Shown piece by piece: positions 18,812-27,545 of a DNA stretch of 32,000 nt. The DNA lies in NCBI RefSeq assembly GCF_000012545.1, contig NC_007681.1:450001-482000 (forward strand), read 5' to 3'. Origin of the DNA: Methanosphaera stadtmanae DSM 3091 (lineage in GTDB: Archaea > Methanobacteriota > Methanobacteria > Methanobacteriales > Methanobacteriaceae). A program made the translations under genes and the position numbers. How positions within the stretch are numbered: the stretch's first letter is position 1; each line of letters starts with the position of its first letter. The notes below the pieces were generated by a model. It saw nothing but the letters and a program-made list of their open reading frames with translations. It searched no databases and was not told where the DNA came from.

Positions 18812-19771
18812 ATGAAACCTTATGTTATTTTAATTAGTTCTGCATCAGGTATTGGTAAGTCAACAATAGCATCAGAAGTAGCAAATACTCTGGGAATTAA
18901 GTATTTGATAGAAACAGATTTTATAAGGGCAATAGTAAGAGGTATTATAGGGTCAGAATATGCGCCAGCTCTACATAAATCATCATACAATGCATATACA
19001 ACACTAAGAGATACATATAATTTTAAATCAGAGGAAGAGTTAATTACTGCAGGATATGAAGAACATGCTTCATTTGTAATTCCTGCTATAGAAAAAGTAA
19101 TTTCAAGATGTGTTTTAGACAATGATTCAATAGTAATTGAAGGAGTACATCTAGTTCCAGGTTTAATTAATATAAAACAATTTGAAGATTTGGCTAATAT
19201 TCATTTTTTTGTATTAACAGTTGATGAAAAACAACACCAGGAAAGATTTATACAAAGGGCTCTTGCCATAAAAAGAGGTGGAACACAGATTGATTACTTT
19301 AAGGAAAATAGAATAATTAATGATGCTCTAGTTAGTCAAGCAAAAACACTCAATATTCCAGTAATTTTCAATAATAATAAGGATACAACAGTAAAAAAGG
19401 TATTACAGTACATAAATGAAGTATCAAGAATTGTGTTTGTAAGACATACAGTTGATGATATAGATTTAGAAAGGGAGATTATAACTAAGCATGGTGGAAG
19501 AATAACTGATATTTCATATTATATTCCAGAATTTAAAGAACCATTAACGAGAATTGTGGAAAATTATGAGGATAATACATCCTCTGGTAAATTTATAAAT
19601 GTAATAGAACATGAAACTAAACAAAAAGAATCATTAGGAACATTATATGAATTATCAAACAATATACATAGTCATCATTTATATGCACCAGATGAAAATA
19701 AATTAAACGATATAATTCAGGAATTAAAAGAAAATAATCTTTTATATGATGAAAATCTTGTAAAAAAATAA
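18812..19771 (+). CDS. 2-phosphoglycerate kinase family protein
   Basis: P-loop SASGIGKSTIASEVANTLGI followed by ETDFIRAIVRG, typical of methanogen 2PGK; 319 aa. Confidence 0.7.
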   Translation: MKPYVILISSASGIGKSTIASEVANTLGIKYLIETDFIRAIVRGIIGSEYAPALHKSSYNAYTTLRDTYNFKSEEELITAGYEEHASFVIPAIEKVISRCVLDNDSIVIEGVHLVPGLINIKQFEDLANIHFFVLTVDEKQHQERFIQRALAIKRGGTQIDYFKENRIINDALVSQAKTLNIPVIFNNNKDTTVKKVLQYINEVSRIVFVRHTVDDIDLEREIITKHGGRITDISYYIPEFKEPLTRIVENYEDNTSSGKFINVIEHETKQKESLGTLYELSNNIHSHHLYAPDENKLNDIIQELKENNLLYDENLVKK

Positions 19772-19821
19772 ATACATATTGCATATATAAATTTAGTATA
19801 GATAAAAGAGGAATTAAAAAC

Positions 19822-20418
19822 ATGGATGAAAAAACATTTAATAATAATGATTTAATGAAATCAGATTGTCCAGTATGTGGAGGACATAAAACATTATCAA
19901 TAACAAATAAAACAGATAATATTCCCTACTTTGGAGATATTCTAGAAACTTCTGTGTCCTGTTCAGAGTGCGGATATCAATCATCAGATAGTATATCATT
20001 GGAACATAATGAACCTGCACGTTTTACTCTTAAAATAAATAATACTAAGCTAAATACAAGAGTTGCAAAGTCACAGACAGCAACAATAACAATACCACAT
20101 TTAGGTCTAAAAGTTGAACCTGGACCAAAATCTGATGGTTATGTTTCAAATGTGGAAGGTATTTTAAATAGATTTGAAGAAGCAGTATTAAGGGCAATAA
20201 AACTTGAAGGTGCAGAAATATCAAAAGAAGTTCAAGATAATGCATTGAATATCATAGAACTTATTACTAAGGTTAAAATGGGTGATATGGAAGTTGATTT
20301 AATACTAGAAGATCCATTTGGAAATAGTGTTATTGATGATGATGATGCTCAAAAAGAGTTATTAACACAAGAAGAAGCAGATAAATTACAAACTGGTTTT
20401 ACAACAATAGACCAGTAA
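19822..20418 (+). CDS. ZPR1-type zinc-finger protein
   Basis: CPVCGG...CSECGY zinc ribbon followed by the ZPR1 beta-rich domain; about 200 aa, as in archaeal ZPR1 homologues. Confidence 0.75.
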   Translation: MDEKTFNNNDLMKSDCPVCGGHKTLSITNKTDNIPYFGDILETSVSCSECGYQSSDSISLEHNEPARFTLKINNTKLNTRVAKSQTATITIPHLGLKVEPGPKSDGYVSNVEGILNRFEEAVLRAIKLEGAEISKEVQDNALNIIELITKVKMGDMEVDLILEDPFGNSVIDDDDAQKELLTQEEADKLQTGFTTIDQ

Positions 20419-20436
20419 GAGTATATGGTGGTTAAT

Positions 20437-20943
20437 ATGACAGTATTAGATATAATAGAAAAAAGATACAGTGTAAGAGGATATGAGGATAGGCCTGTTG
20501 AAGATGAAAAATTACAACAAGTATTAAAAGCAGCACAACTTGCTCCTACAGGAGTTAATAGTCAAGCATTTAAAATATATGTTATTGACACAAAAAAACA
20601 TGAACAAAAACTAAGAGAAGTATATGATAATGACTGGTTTGTTGAAGCTCCAATAGTACTTGCAGTTGTAAGTAAGGCAAATGATGCATGGACAAGACCA
20701 TGGGATTTAGAAAATCTTAATGAGATTGATGCAACAATAGTAATGGATCATATGATATTAACTGCAACAGAACTTGGTCTTGGAACTTGTTATATTGGTG
20801 CATTCCATGAAAGACCATTAATTGAACTTCTTGATTTATCTGAGGAATATCATCCAGTATTGTTGACTCCACTTGGTTATCCTGATGCTAAACCAAGAGA
20901 AACAACACGTAAAAGTATAGAAGAACTTGTTGAATATATATAA
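20437..20943 (+). CDS. Nitroreductase-family flavoprotein
   Basis: RYSVRGY, AAQLAPTGVNSQAF, LGLGTCYIG. SD GGTGG supports ATG 20437. Confidence 0.8.
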   Translation: MTVLDIIEKRYSVRGYEDRPVEDEKLQQVLKAAQLAPTGVNSQAFKIYVIDTKKHEQKLREVYDNDWFVEAPIVLAVVSKANDAWTRPWDLENLNEIDATIVMDHMILTATELGLGTCYIGAFHERPLIELLDLSEEYHPVLLTPLGYPDAKPRETTRKSIEELVEYI

Positions 20944-21219
20944 TATTCACCTATTTTTATTATTTTTATAGATTATTAATTATTAATTAAATAACTATTA
21001 TTTATATTGAAGTTTTAATAAATACATAGTATTTAATGAAAGATATCTCTTATTGTGTACAGGGAGATATGTGTAACTTTTTAATCATTCTAATCTAGAA
21101 TCATCTTTCTACACTATGTTAATAAATAAGTTAAAATTGAAAAATAAGTTGATAAAAGTCATATCTAATAAAAATAAAGAATATTAGTAAATATTAAAAA
21201 AAAGTATGAAGAAATTTAC

Positions 21220-21678
21220 TTAAAATAAGTTATCTTCGTCATCTTCATCATTATCTGGTTTATCATTGATTTTGAGGGTAGCTTTTACATCCATACTTAA
21301 TGCATCACAGTCAGCTTTAATTGCATCGAGGTGTTTTAATATTCTTATTTTTTCTTCATTTATTCTTTCAATGTTTGTGTATGGATATGTTGATTCTTTT
21401 AACATCTCATATTCTACTGTGGAGTATGGGTAGTCATTTAATTGTTTACATACATTAACAAGTACGTCTCCAAGGAATTTGTTCATTTCTACTTTTACTC
21501 TTTCTCTTATCATTTTGTCGTCGTCAAGGTTTTCTTTCATGAGACGTACTACTTCAGCTTTTGCAAAAGGTAATTTTTCTTCATTTTCATCCATGTATTC
21601 TTCTGTGTTTGCTTCTGTTTTGTCTACTTCTACATCTTCTACTTCGGTAGTTTTATTCATTTCTTCAAAATCGTCCAT
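21220..21678 (-). CDS. Highly acidic 152-aa protein with a candidate histone fold, a C-terminal helix and acidic tails
   Basis: SD TGAGGT lies 6 nt before the ATG. Residues 36-97 ([15 protein letters not shown]...[11 protein letters not shown]) align without gaps to my recalled archaeal histone HMfB from LP to the end of helix 3. Identity is low, so the call rests on the residue pattern. Confidence 0.6.
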   Translation of the reverse strand: MDDFEEMNKTTEVEDVEVDKTEANTEEYMDENEEKLPFAKAEVVRLMKENLDDDKMIRERVKVEMNKFLGDVLVNVCKQLNDYPYSTVEYEMLKESTYPYTNIERINEEKIRILKHLDAIKADCDALSMDVKATLKINDKPDNDEDDEDNLF

Positions 21679-21871
21679 ATTATTACCTCATATATATTAT
21701 ACTCAGTTTGTATTCTAAGTATTATTATTATATTTGTTATTTAATACTAATAAAGATGATGTTTATTTTTATTTTTTGATTAAAATATTGATAGTTTCAA
21801 TTACTAATTTTAATTATATTTAGGGTAACTTTTATTTATTGAAAGATATTTTTTAGTTTATGATGATATGT

Positions 21872-22714
21872 TCATAAAATATTCAAACTTAAATCTAGTG
21901 TCTGTGCACTATTTGTTATAAATCCACTTGAGATAACATCAACATCAAGTGTAGCATACTTTGTAATTGTTGCAGGTGTTATACCACCACTTACCTCAAT
22001 AATCACATCATCCCGTAGATGACGTTGTTTGAGAGTTACTAGTACTTCTTCAATTTCATCAGGATTCATATTATCTAACATTACAATATCTGCACCAAAC
22101 ATACTTGCACGTATAGCATCATCTAAATTTTCAACTTCAATCTCAATTTTCTTTGTGAAACTAACATTTTCCTTAGCCCTATCAATAGCTTCAATAACAC
22201 CACCCACAACTTGTATATGATTATCCTTTATAAGTACACAATCATCTAATTTAAATCTATGTGTATCCCCACCACCAATTTCAACAGCTTTTTTTTCAAG
22301 TTTTTGAAGTCCAGGTGTTGTTTTACGAGTACATGCAACACGTATTTTTGGATTTATTTCATGAACTTTCTTACATGTGTTAGATACAAGTGTGGCAATT
22401 CCACTAAGATGCATTAAATAATTAAGAATTGTTCTCTCAACCATTAATATATCCTTTGCTTTTCCTTCAAATTCAAGAATAACATCACCCTTATGAATTT
22501 CATCCCCATCTAGAAAACTACTAGAGATATTTAGATTAAATTCATTGATAATATAATGGGCAACATCCATTCCTGCAAGAATTCCCTCATCTTTACATAA
22601 TATTTCTGCTTGTGCCCATTTATCTTCTGTAACTAAACTGTTAGTTGTAATATCCTCAAATCCTATGTCATCATAAACATTTTCTATAATTCTATTATCA
22701 CTAAAAATACTCAT
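21872..22714 (-). CDS. nadC: Nicotinate-nucleotide pyrophosphorylase (quinolinate phosphoribosyltransferase) NadC
   Basis: TRKTTPG, IKDNHI, MLDNM and SGGIT motifs; 280 aa. SD GGAAGGAG. Confidence 0.9.
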   Translation of the reverse strand: MSIFSDNRIIENVYDDIGFEDITTNSLVTEDKWAQAEILCKDEGILAGMDVAHYIINEFNLNISSSFLDGDEIHKGDVILEFEGKAKDILMVERTILNYLMHLSGIATLVSNTCKKVHEINPKIRVACTRKTTPGLQKLEKKAVEIGGGDTHRFKLDDCVLIKDNHIQVVGGVIEAIDRAKENVSFTKKIEIEVENLDDAIRASMFGADIVMLDNMNPDEIEEVLVTLKQRHLRDDVIIEVSGGITPATITKYATLDVDVISSGFITNSAQTLDLSLNIL

Positions 22715-22853
22715 TATTCTCCTTCCATATTTAATTATTATATAATTATTAAGTTTTATTTCTTTAAAATAATTAAGTATTAAAGAATATATAGTAGTAT
22801 ATAATTATAAAAGAATAATTTTTTTCAATAATTTAAAAAAAGAGGTTATTAAT

Positions 22854-23789
22854 ATTATAGAATTAACTTTTTTAGGTACAGCATCAGCAATTCCTACAAG
22901 ATCAAGAAATCATACATCAATAATAATTAAGATATCCAATAGAATGATTCTCTTTGACTGTGGTGAAGCAACACAAAAACAAATTATGGAAGCTGGAATA
23001 AGTCCTATGAAGATAGATGATATATACATAACACACTTACATGGTGATCATATTCTAGGTCTTCCAGGTATTGTTCAATCATTAGCATTTCGTGGAAGAA
23101 CAAGACCATTACATATTTATGGTCCAAGAGGAATAAATGAATTAATAGATCATATAAGACATATGGGCTTTTATACGATAGGATATGAATTAATAACCCA
23201 TGAAATAGAAGATGATGGGATTCTATATCAACAAAATGATTTTAGAATATTATCTAGAAAAATGAAACATACTGTTGTTGATTATGCATATAAAATCGAG
23301 CAATTAAGACAACCTAAGTTTCTAAGACAGAAAGCTATTGAATTAGGCATACCTCCAGGTCCACTATTTGGAAAACTTCAAGCAGGAAAAGAAGTAACAG
23401 TAGATGGTAAGATAATAAAACCAGAACAAGTGTTAGGACCACCACGTGAAGGTGTAAAAGTAGTATTTAGTGGGGATACAATTCCACAAGAATCTATGAT
23501 AGACTTTGCAGAGAATGTTGATGTGTTGATACATGAGGCAACATTTACCAAGGACATTAAAGAAAAAGCATTTGAAAATGGACATACTGTAGCAGAAGAT
23601 GCAGCAGTAATTGCTAAAAAAGCTAATGTTGAACAATTAATATTAACACATTTATCAAATAGGTACACATCCTCAAAACCATTACTTGATGAGGCAAAGA
23701 CCATATTTGAAAATACTGTATATGCAGAGGATTTAATGGTTGTTATTATAGAGAATAAAAAACCAGTACAAATAAATTTCAAAAAATAA
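22854..23789 (+). CDS. rnz: Ribonuclease Z (tRNA 3' endonuclease)
   Basis: HLHGDH metallo-beta-lactamase motif and LFDCGEATQKQ. The conserved N-terminus (I)IELTFLGTASAIPTRSRNHTS is encoded upstream of the first ATG (22944), with no canonical start codon in frame. The 5' end given here is ATT 22854 and is uncertain; ATA 22857 is the alternative. Confidence 0.85.
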   Translation: MIELTFLGTASAIPTRSRNHTSIIIKISNRMILFDCGEATQKQIMEAGISPMKIDDIYITHLHGDHILGLPGIVQSLAFRGRTRPLHIYGPRGINELIDHIRHMGFYTIGYELITHEIEDDGILYQQNDFRILSRKMKHTVVDYAYKIEQLRQPKFLRQKAIELGIPPGPLFGKLQAGKEVTVDGKIIKPEQVLGPPREGVKVVFSGDTIPQESMIDFAENVDVLIHEATFTKDIKEKAFENGHTVAEDAAVIAKKANVEQLILTHLSNRYTSSKPLLDEAKTIFENTVYAEDLMVVIIENKKPVQINFKK

Positions 23790-23914
23790 CATAATTTATA
23801 GATGATAGTTGTTAATTATTATTTCTTTAGAAAGATTTTTCTTAAGATAACTTTTAATTATTTATAGAAATATAACTATTATTACATAACAATAAAAATA
23901 ATATAGTGATAAAA

Positions 23915-24535
23915 ATGGGCTTATTTAATAGTATTGAAATTGATCCAAATGTAATTCCCTACATACAAAAGGGAGAAGGTGTAGGAATAGTTAAAATAGA
24001 TGGAATGGGTAAATGTTCTGCAAAACTAGAAAACAATGCAATAATACTCGATCCATATGAATCACCACAACAATCTCAAATAATATCTCTTGAGGAAATT
24101 AATTTTCTAAGTTATGATGAAGGAAACTTCATTAATGAACCAAAAATTAATATTGGAACATCTGGAAAACATTATGTGCTAGCTGGTGTGGATGATAATG
24201 ATGATGAATTAAAACGTTTCTATAATACAATTTTAAATATTAAAGAAAATAGTAGAATTCCAAAATATCAAAATGGTATGCCACAACCAAATACTCATGT
24301 GACAAATCCAAATAAACAACCACAACTCCAACATAATAATATGGATTTTAATCCTTCAGTAAACAACTCCACAGAACAATCCCAACCTCACCTACTTAAT
24401 AATGATGATGTTATAGATGGACAAGATAAGATGGATCCTGTAGCTGAAATTAGAAGATACTTTGAATTAAAAGAAGATGGAATTATTACAGAAGAAGAAT
24501 TTACTAAGAAGAAAAAACAATTACTTGGACTTTAA
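23915..24535 (+). CDS. SHOCT-domain protein with a beta-rich N-terminal domain and a Q/N/P-rich linker
   Basis: The C-terminus DPVAEIRRYFELKEDGIITEEEFTKKKKQLLGL matches the SHOCT (short C-terminal domain) pattern. The linker is YQNGMPQPNTHVTNPNKQPQLQHNNMDFNPSVNNSTEQSQPHLLNN. Confidence 0.65.
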   Translation: MGLFNSIEIDPNVIPYIQKGEGVGIVKIDGMGKCSAKLENNAIILDPYESPQQSQIISLEEINFLSYDEGNFINEPKINIGTSGKHYVLAGVDDNDDELKRFYNTILNIKENSRIPKYQNGMPQPNTHVTNPNKQPQLQHNNMDFNPSVNNSTEQSQPHLLNNDDVIDGQDKMDPVAEIRRYFELKEDGIITEEEFTKKKKQLLGL

Positions 24536-24556
24536 ACTTAATATCCTCACCATTTC

Positions 24557-24565
24557 TTTTTTTTT
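24557..24565 (+). terminator. T9 tract downstream of the SHOCT gene
   Basis: catttcTTTTTTTTTgg, 22 nt after the stop codon. Confidence 0.45.
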
Positions 24566-24617
24566 GGACAATAGTTTTCAAAGTTTCTTTTAATAAATAT
24601 CTATTATGAGGGGTATT

Positions 24618-24710
24618 ATGAATAAAACAAAAATTCCCAATTTAATAGTTGGATTTGTTATTGGAATTACTGTTATAATTGTGGCAATAATATATCTATT
24701 TGTAAAATAA
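24618..24710 (+). CDS. Candidate 30-aa single-pass membrane micro-protein
   Basis: My own translation is MNKTKIPNLIVGFVIGITVIIVAIIYLFVK*. GAGGGG lies 4 nt before the ATG, which is short spacing. An alternative in-frame ATG is at 24606. The ORF is below the track's size cutoff. Confidence 0.3.
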   Translation: MNKTKIPNLIVGFVIGITVIIVAIIYLFVK

Positions 24711-24862
24711 AGGTACACTTATAGGAGCACATTTTTTTTACAAATATTTTTTTTAAAATAATATTAAAAATCATCAACATATATAATAATTAATTAAAAA
24801 ATTTTTTTTAAAATAGAAAAAAAGAACTTAATAATAAAATCATGAATTAGGTGAAAAATATC

Positions 24863-25828
24863 ATGAAAACACCATGGGTAGAAAAATACAGACCACAAAC
24901 ATTAGATGATGTAGTAGGACAAGAACAAATTGTTGGAAGGCTAAAAAGATATGTAGAAGAAAAATCATTACCTAATATAATGTTTACGGGATTTGCAGGG
25001 GTAGGAAAAACAACATGTGCTCTTGCATTAGCAAAAAGTTTATTAGGTGAATATTGGCAACAAAACTTCCTTGAACTCAATGCATCAGATGCAAGGGGAA
25101 TAGATACTGTAAGAAATGAAATTAAAAGCTTCTGTAAACTTAAAGCTGTAGGTGCTCCATTTAGAATAATATTCCTTGATGAGGTGGATAACATGACAAA
25201 AGATGCTCAGCAAGCATTAAGACGTGAAATGGAAATGTATACTAAAACATCTTCATTTATATTATCATGTAACTATTCATCTAAAATAATAGATCCAATA
25301 CAATCAAGATGTGCAATATTTAGATTTTCACCAATTAAAGCAGCTAATATCATTAAACGTTTAAAATACATAGCATCAGAGGAAGGAATAGAAGCAGAAC
25401 AATCAGCACTTGAAAATATTGTTTACTTTACTCAAGGTGATATGAGAAAATCTATTAACATTCTTCAAGCATCAACAACCACAGAAAACACAGTAACAGA
25501 AGAAGCAGTATATGATGTAATAAGTAGAGCAAAACCTAAAGATGTTCGTAAAATCATTAATAAAGCATTAAATCATGATTTTATGGAAGCACGTGATTTA
25601 CTCAGGGATATTATGATTATTGAAGGAGTTAGTGGTGATGATTTAATTACACAATTCTATCAAGAAGTAGCACAAATGACACAAGAAGAACTAATTCCAG
25701 AAGTAGAATTTATAAAATTAATGGAATATATGAGTGAATGTGATTATAGAATAAGAGAAGGTTCTAATCCAAGACTTCAATTAGAAGCTTTATTAAGTAA
25801 ATTTTTATTAGTTAAACAGGATGCATAA
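24863..25828 (+). CDS. rfcS: Replication factor C small subunit
   Basis: [17 protein letters not shown], Walker [17 protein letters not shown] motif ([10 protein letters not shown]). SD AGGTGA lies 8 nt before ATG 24863. Confidence 0.9.
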   Translation: MKTPWVEKYRPQTLDDVVGQEQIVGRLKRYVEEKSLPNIMFTGFAGVGKTTCALALAKSLLGEYWQQNFLELNASDARGIDTVRNEIKSFCKLKAVGAPFRIIFLDEVDNMTKDAQQALRREMEMYTKTSSFILSCNYSSKIIDPIQSRCAIFRFSPIKAANIIKRLKYIASEEGIEAEQSALENIVYFTQGDMRKSINILQASTTTENTVTEEAVYDVISRAKPKDVRKIINKALNHDFMEARDLLRDIMIIEGVSGDDLITQFYQEVAQMTQEELIPEVEFIKLMEYMSECDYRIREGSNPRLQLEALLSKFLLVKQDA

Positions 25829-25830
25829 AA

Positions 25831-27435
25831 TTGAAATGGGTAGAAAAATATGCACCTAAAAAATTAGGTGACGTACTTGGAAATGCCAAAGCAAAGGCAC
25901 AGATAGAAGTATGGGCAAATAAATGGTCAAAAGGTGTTCCACAAAAACCATTATTATTAATGGGTCCTCCAGGAATTGGAAAAACCACAATTGCACATTT
26001 AGTTGGAAAAGAATATTTTTCTGAAACAATAGAAGTTAATGCTAGTGATAAAAGATCATATGATATTATAAAAAGTAGTATTGGTGAAGCTGCACAAACT
26101 AGAAGTCTTTTTCATTCAGGATATAAATTGTTAATAATGGATGAAGTTGATGGAATAAGTGGACGTGATGATTCTGGTGGTGCACGTGCAGTAAATGAAA
26201 CTATTAAGAATTCAAAACAACCAATAATTTTAATGGCCAATGATGCATATAGTAAACGTTTAACTTCTATTAAACCTAAATGTCAAGGAATAAAGTTTAC
26301 AAAAGTTCATACAAATTCAATCAATGCACAATTAAAAAGAATATGTGCAAGAGAAGATATAGAATATGATTCAGAAGCATTATATACATTAAGTAAGGAA
26401 TCAAATGGTGATTTAAGATCTGCAATAACAAGTTTAGAAGCTATTGTTGATAATGATAAAAAAATTACAAAGGATAGTTTATCTGTTATAGCAAAAAAAG
26501 ATGGTGAACAAAATATTTTTGATACTGTTGTAGCAGTTTTAAAAAGTAAAAATCCAGAGCATGTTGCTGAAGCTATGAGAGTTAATACTCAGCCACCATT
26601 TCTAATAGAATTAATTGCAGAAAATATTCCAAGAGAGTATGAAAGAACAAATGAAATAGTAAAGGCTTATGAAATGATTTCTCTTGCTGATGTTAATTTG
26701 GGAAGAGCATTCAGAACACAAAACTACACATACTGGAAATATGCCTTTTTATTCATGGGACGAGGAGTAGCAGCAGCAAAAAAACAAACATATAAGAAGT
26801 TTTCAAGGATTATAACACCAACAATATACACTAAACTTTCAAAATCAAGAAAAAATAGAAATTTAAAAGAACAAGTAACACAGAAGATGAGTTTAAAACT
26901 ACATACTTCTCCTAAGGAATTGGAAAAACAATTAGTATTCTATGAAGAATTGTTTAAAGATAATGAACAAGCATATGATTTAAAACAATATTTTAAATTA
27001 ACAGATGATGAAGTAAAACTTTTCAGATCAAGAAAAATACCAGCTTCTGTAGAGAAAAAACGTTTAACAAAACTTAGAAAAGAACAAGAACTTGAAGAAA
27101 AAGAAATTCAAAAACAAAAGATAATAGATGCTAAAAAAGTAGAACTTAAAGAAGAATCTAAAAATAAAAAAGAAATTAAAGTTAAAACTAAAAAAGACAC
27201 TGTTGAGGATAGTTCTAAAACAAAATCTACAACTAAATCAAAGAAAACTAGTAAATCAACACCAACAAAAAAAGTTACAAAAACTAAAAAATCTTCAAAT
27301 TCCACAACTAAAAATAAGACAGAATCACCTAAAAATTCTAGTAAAACTTCATCTAAAACAAGTGTTGATGATAAAAAAACTTCTAAGAAAAATAATAAAA
27401 AGAAATCAAGACAAACTACACTATTTGATTTCTAA
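25831..27435 (+). CDS. rfcL: Replication factor C large subunit with a long K/S/T-rich tail and a C-terminal PIP box
   Basis: TTG start gives MKWVEKYAPKKLGDV. Walker A GPPGIGKTT and DEVD. The C-terminus ...KKKSRQTTLFDF resembles the archaeal RFC-L PCNA-binding motif (QATLFDF in Pyrococcus, from memory). Confidence 0.9.
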   Translation: MKWVEKYAPKKLGDVLGNAKAKAQIEVWANKWSKGVPQKPLLLMGPPGIGKTTIAHLVGKEYFSETIEVNASDKRSYDIIKSSIGEAAQTRSLFHSGYKLLIMDEVDGISGRDDSGGARAVNETIKNSKQPIILMANDAYSKRLTSIKPKCQGIKFTKVHTNSINAQLKRICAREDIEYDSEALYTLSKESNGDLRSAITSLEAIVDNDKKITKDSLSVIAKKDGEQNIFDTVVAVLKSKNPEHVAEAMRVNTQPPFLIELIAENIPREYERTNEIVKAYEMISLADVNLGRAFRTQNYTYWKYAFLFMGRGVAAAKKQTYKKFSRIITPTIYTKLSKSRKNRNLKEQVTQKMSLKLHTSPKELEKQLVFYEELFKDNEQAYDLKQYFKLTDDEVKLFRSRKIPASVEKKRLTKLRKEQELEEKEIQKQKIIDAKKVELKEESKNKKEIKVKTKKDTVEDSSKTKSTTKSKKTSKSTPTKKVTKTKKSSNSTTKNKTESPKNSSKTSSKTSVDDKKTSKKNNKKKSRQTTLFDF

Positions 27436-27545
27436 TTTTACCTCTTTTTTTGTTGATTATAGTATACATTCCATAAAATTATTAGAATTAGATAATATAC
27501 ATATCTACTATAATAATTTAAAAGAAATTAGGATGTGGTAATTCA

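Noticed and set aside
21043-21101. Two small hairpins (ATATCTC/GAGATAT at 21043-21070 and ATTCTA-atc-TAGAAT at 21087-21101) in the convergent gap between the nitroreductase gene and the acidic protein gene, considered as a small RNA
   Set aside because: The stems are short (6-7 bp) and sit in AT-rich DNA between two gene ends. They are most simply 3'-UTR or terminator-region structure, and nothing suggests an independent gene.
24863-25828. Intein in the RFC small subunit, as occurs in some methanogens
   Set aside because: The protein is 321 aa with contiguous Walker A, DEVD and SRC motifs and no insertion.
27203-27541. 112-aa alternate-frame ORF (and 27108..27305 on the - strand) over the rfcL tail
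   Set aside because: It is a by-product of the low-complexity aaa/act/tct-rich DNA that encodes the K/S/T tail, and the rfcL frame ends in a recognisable PIP box.
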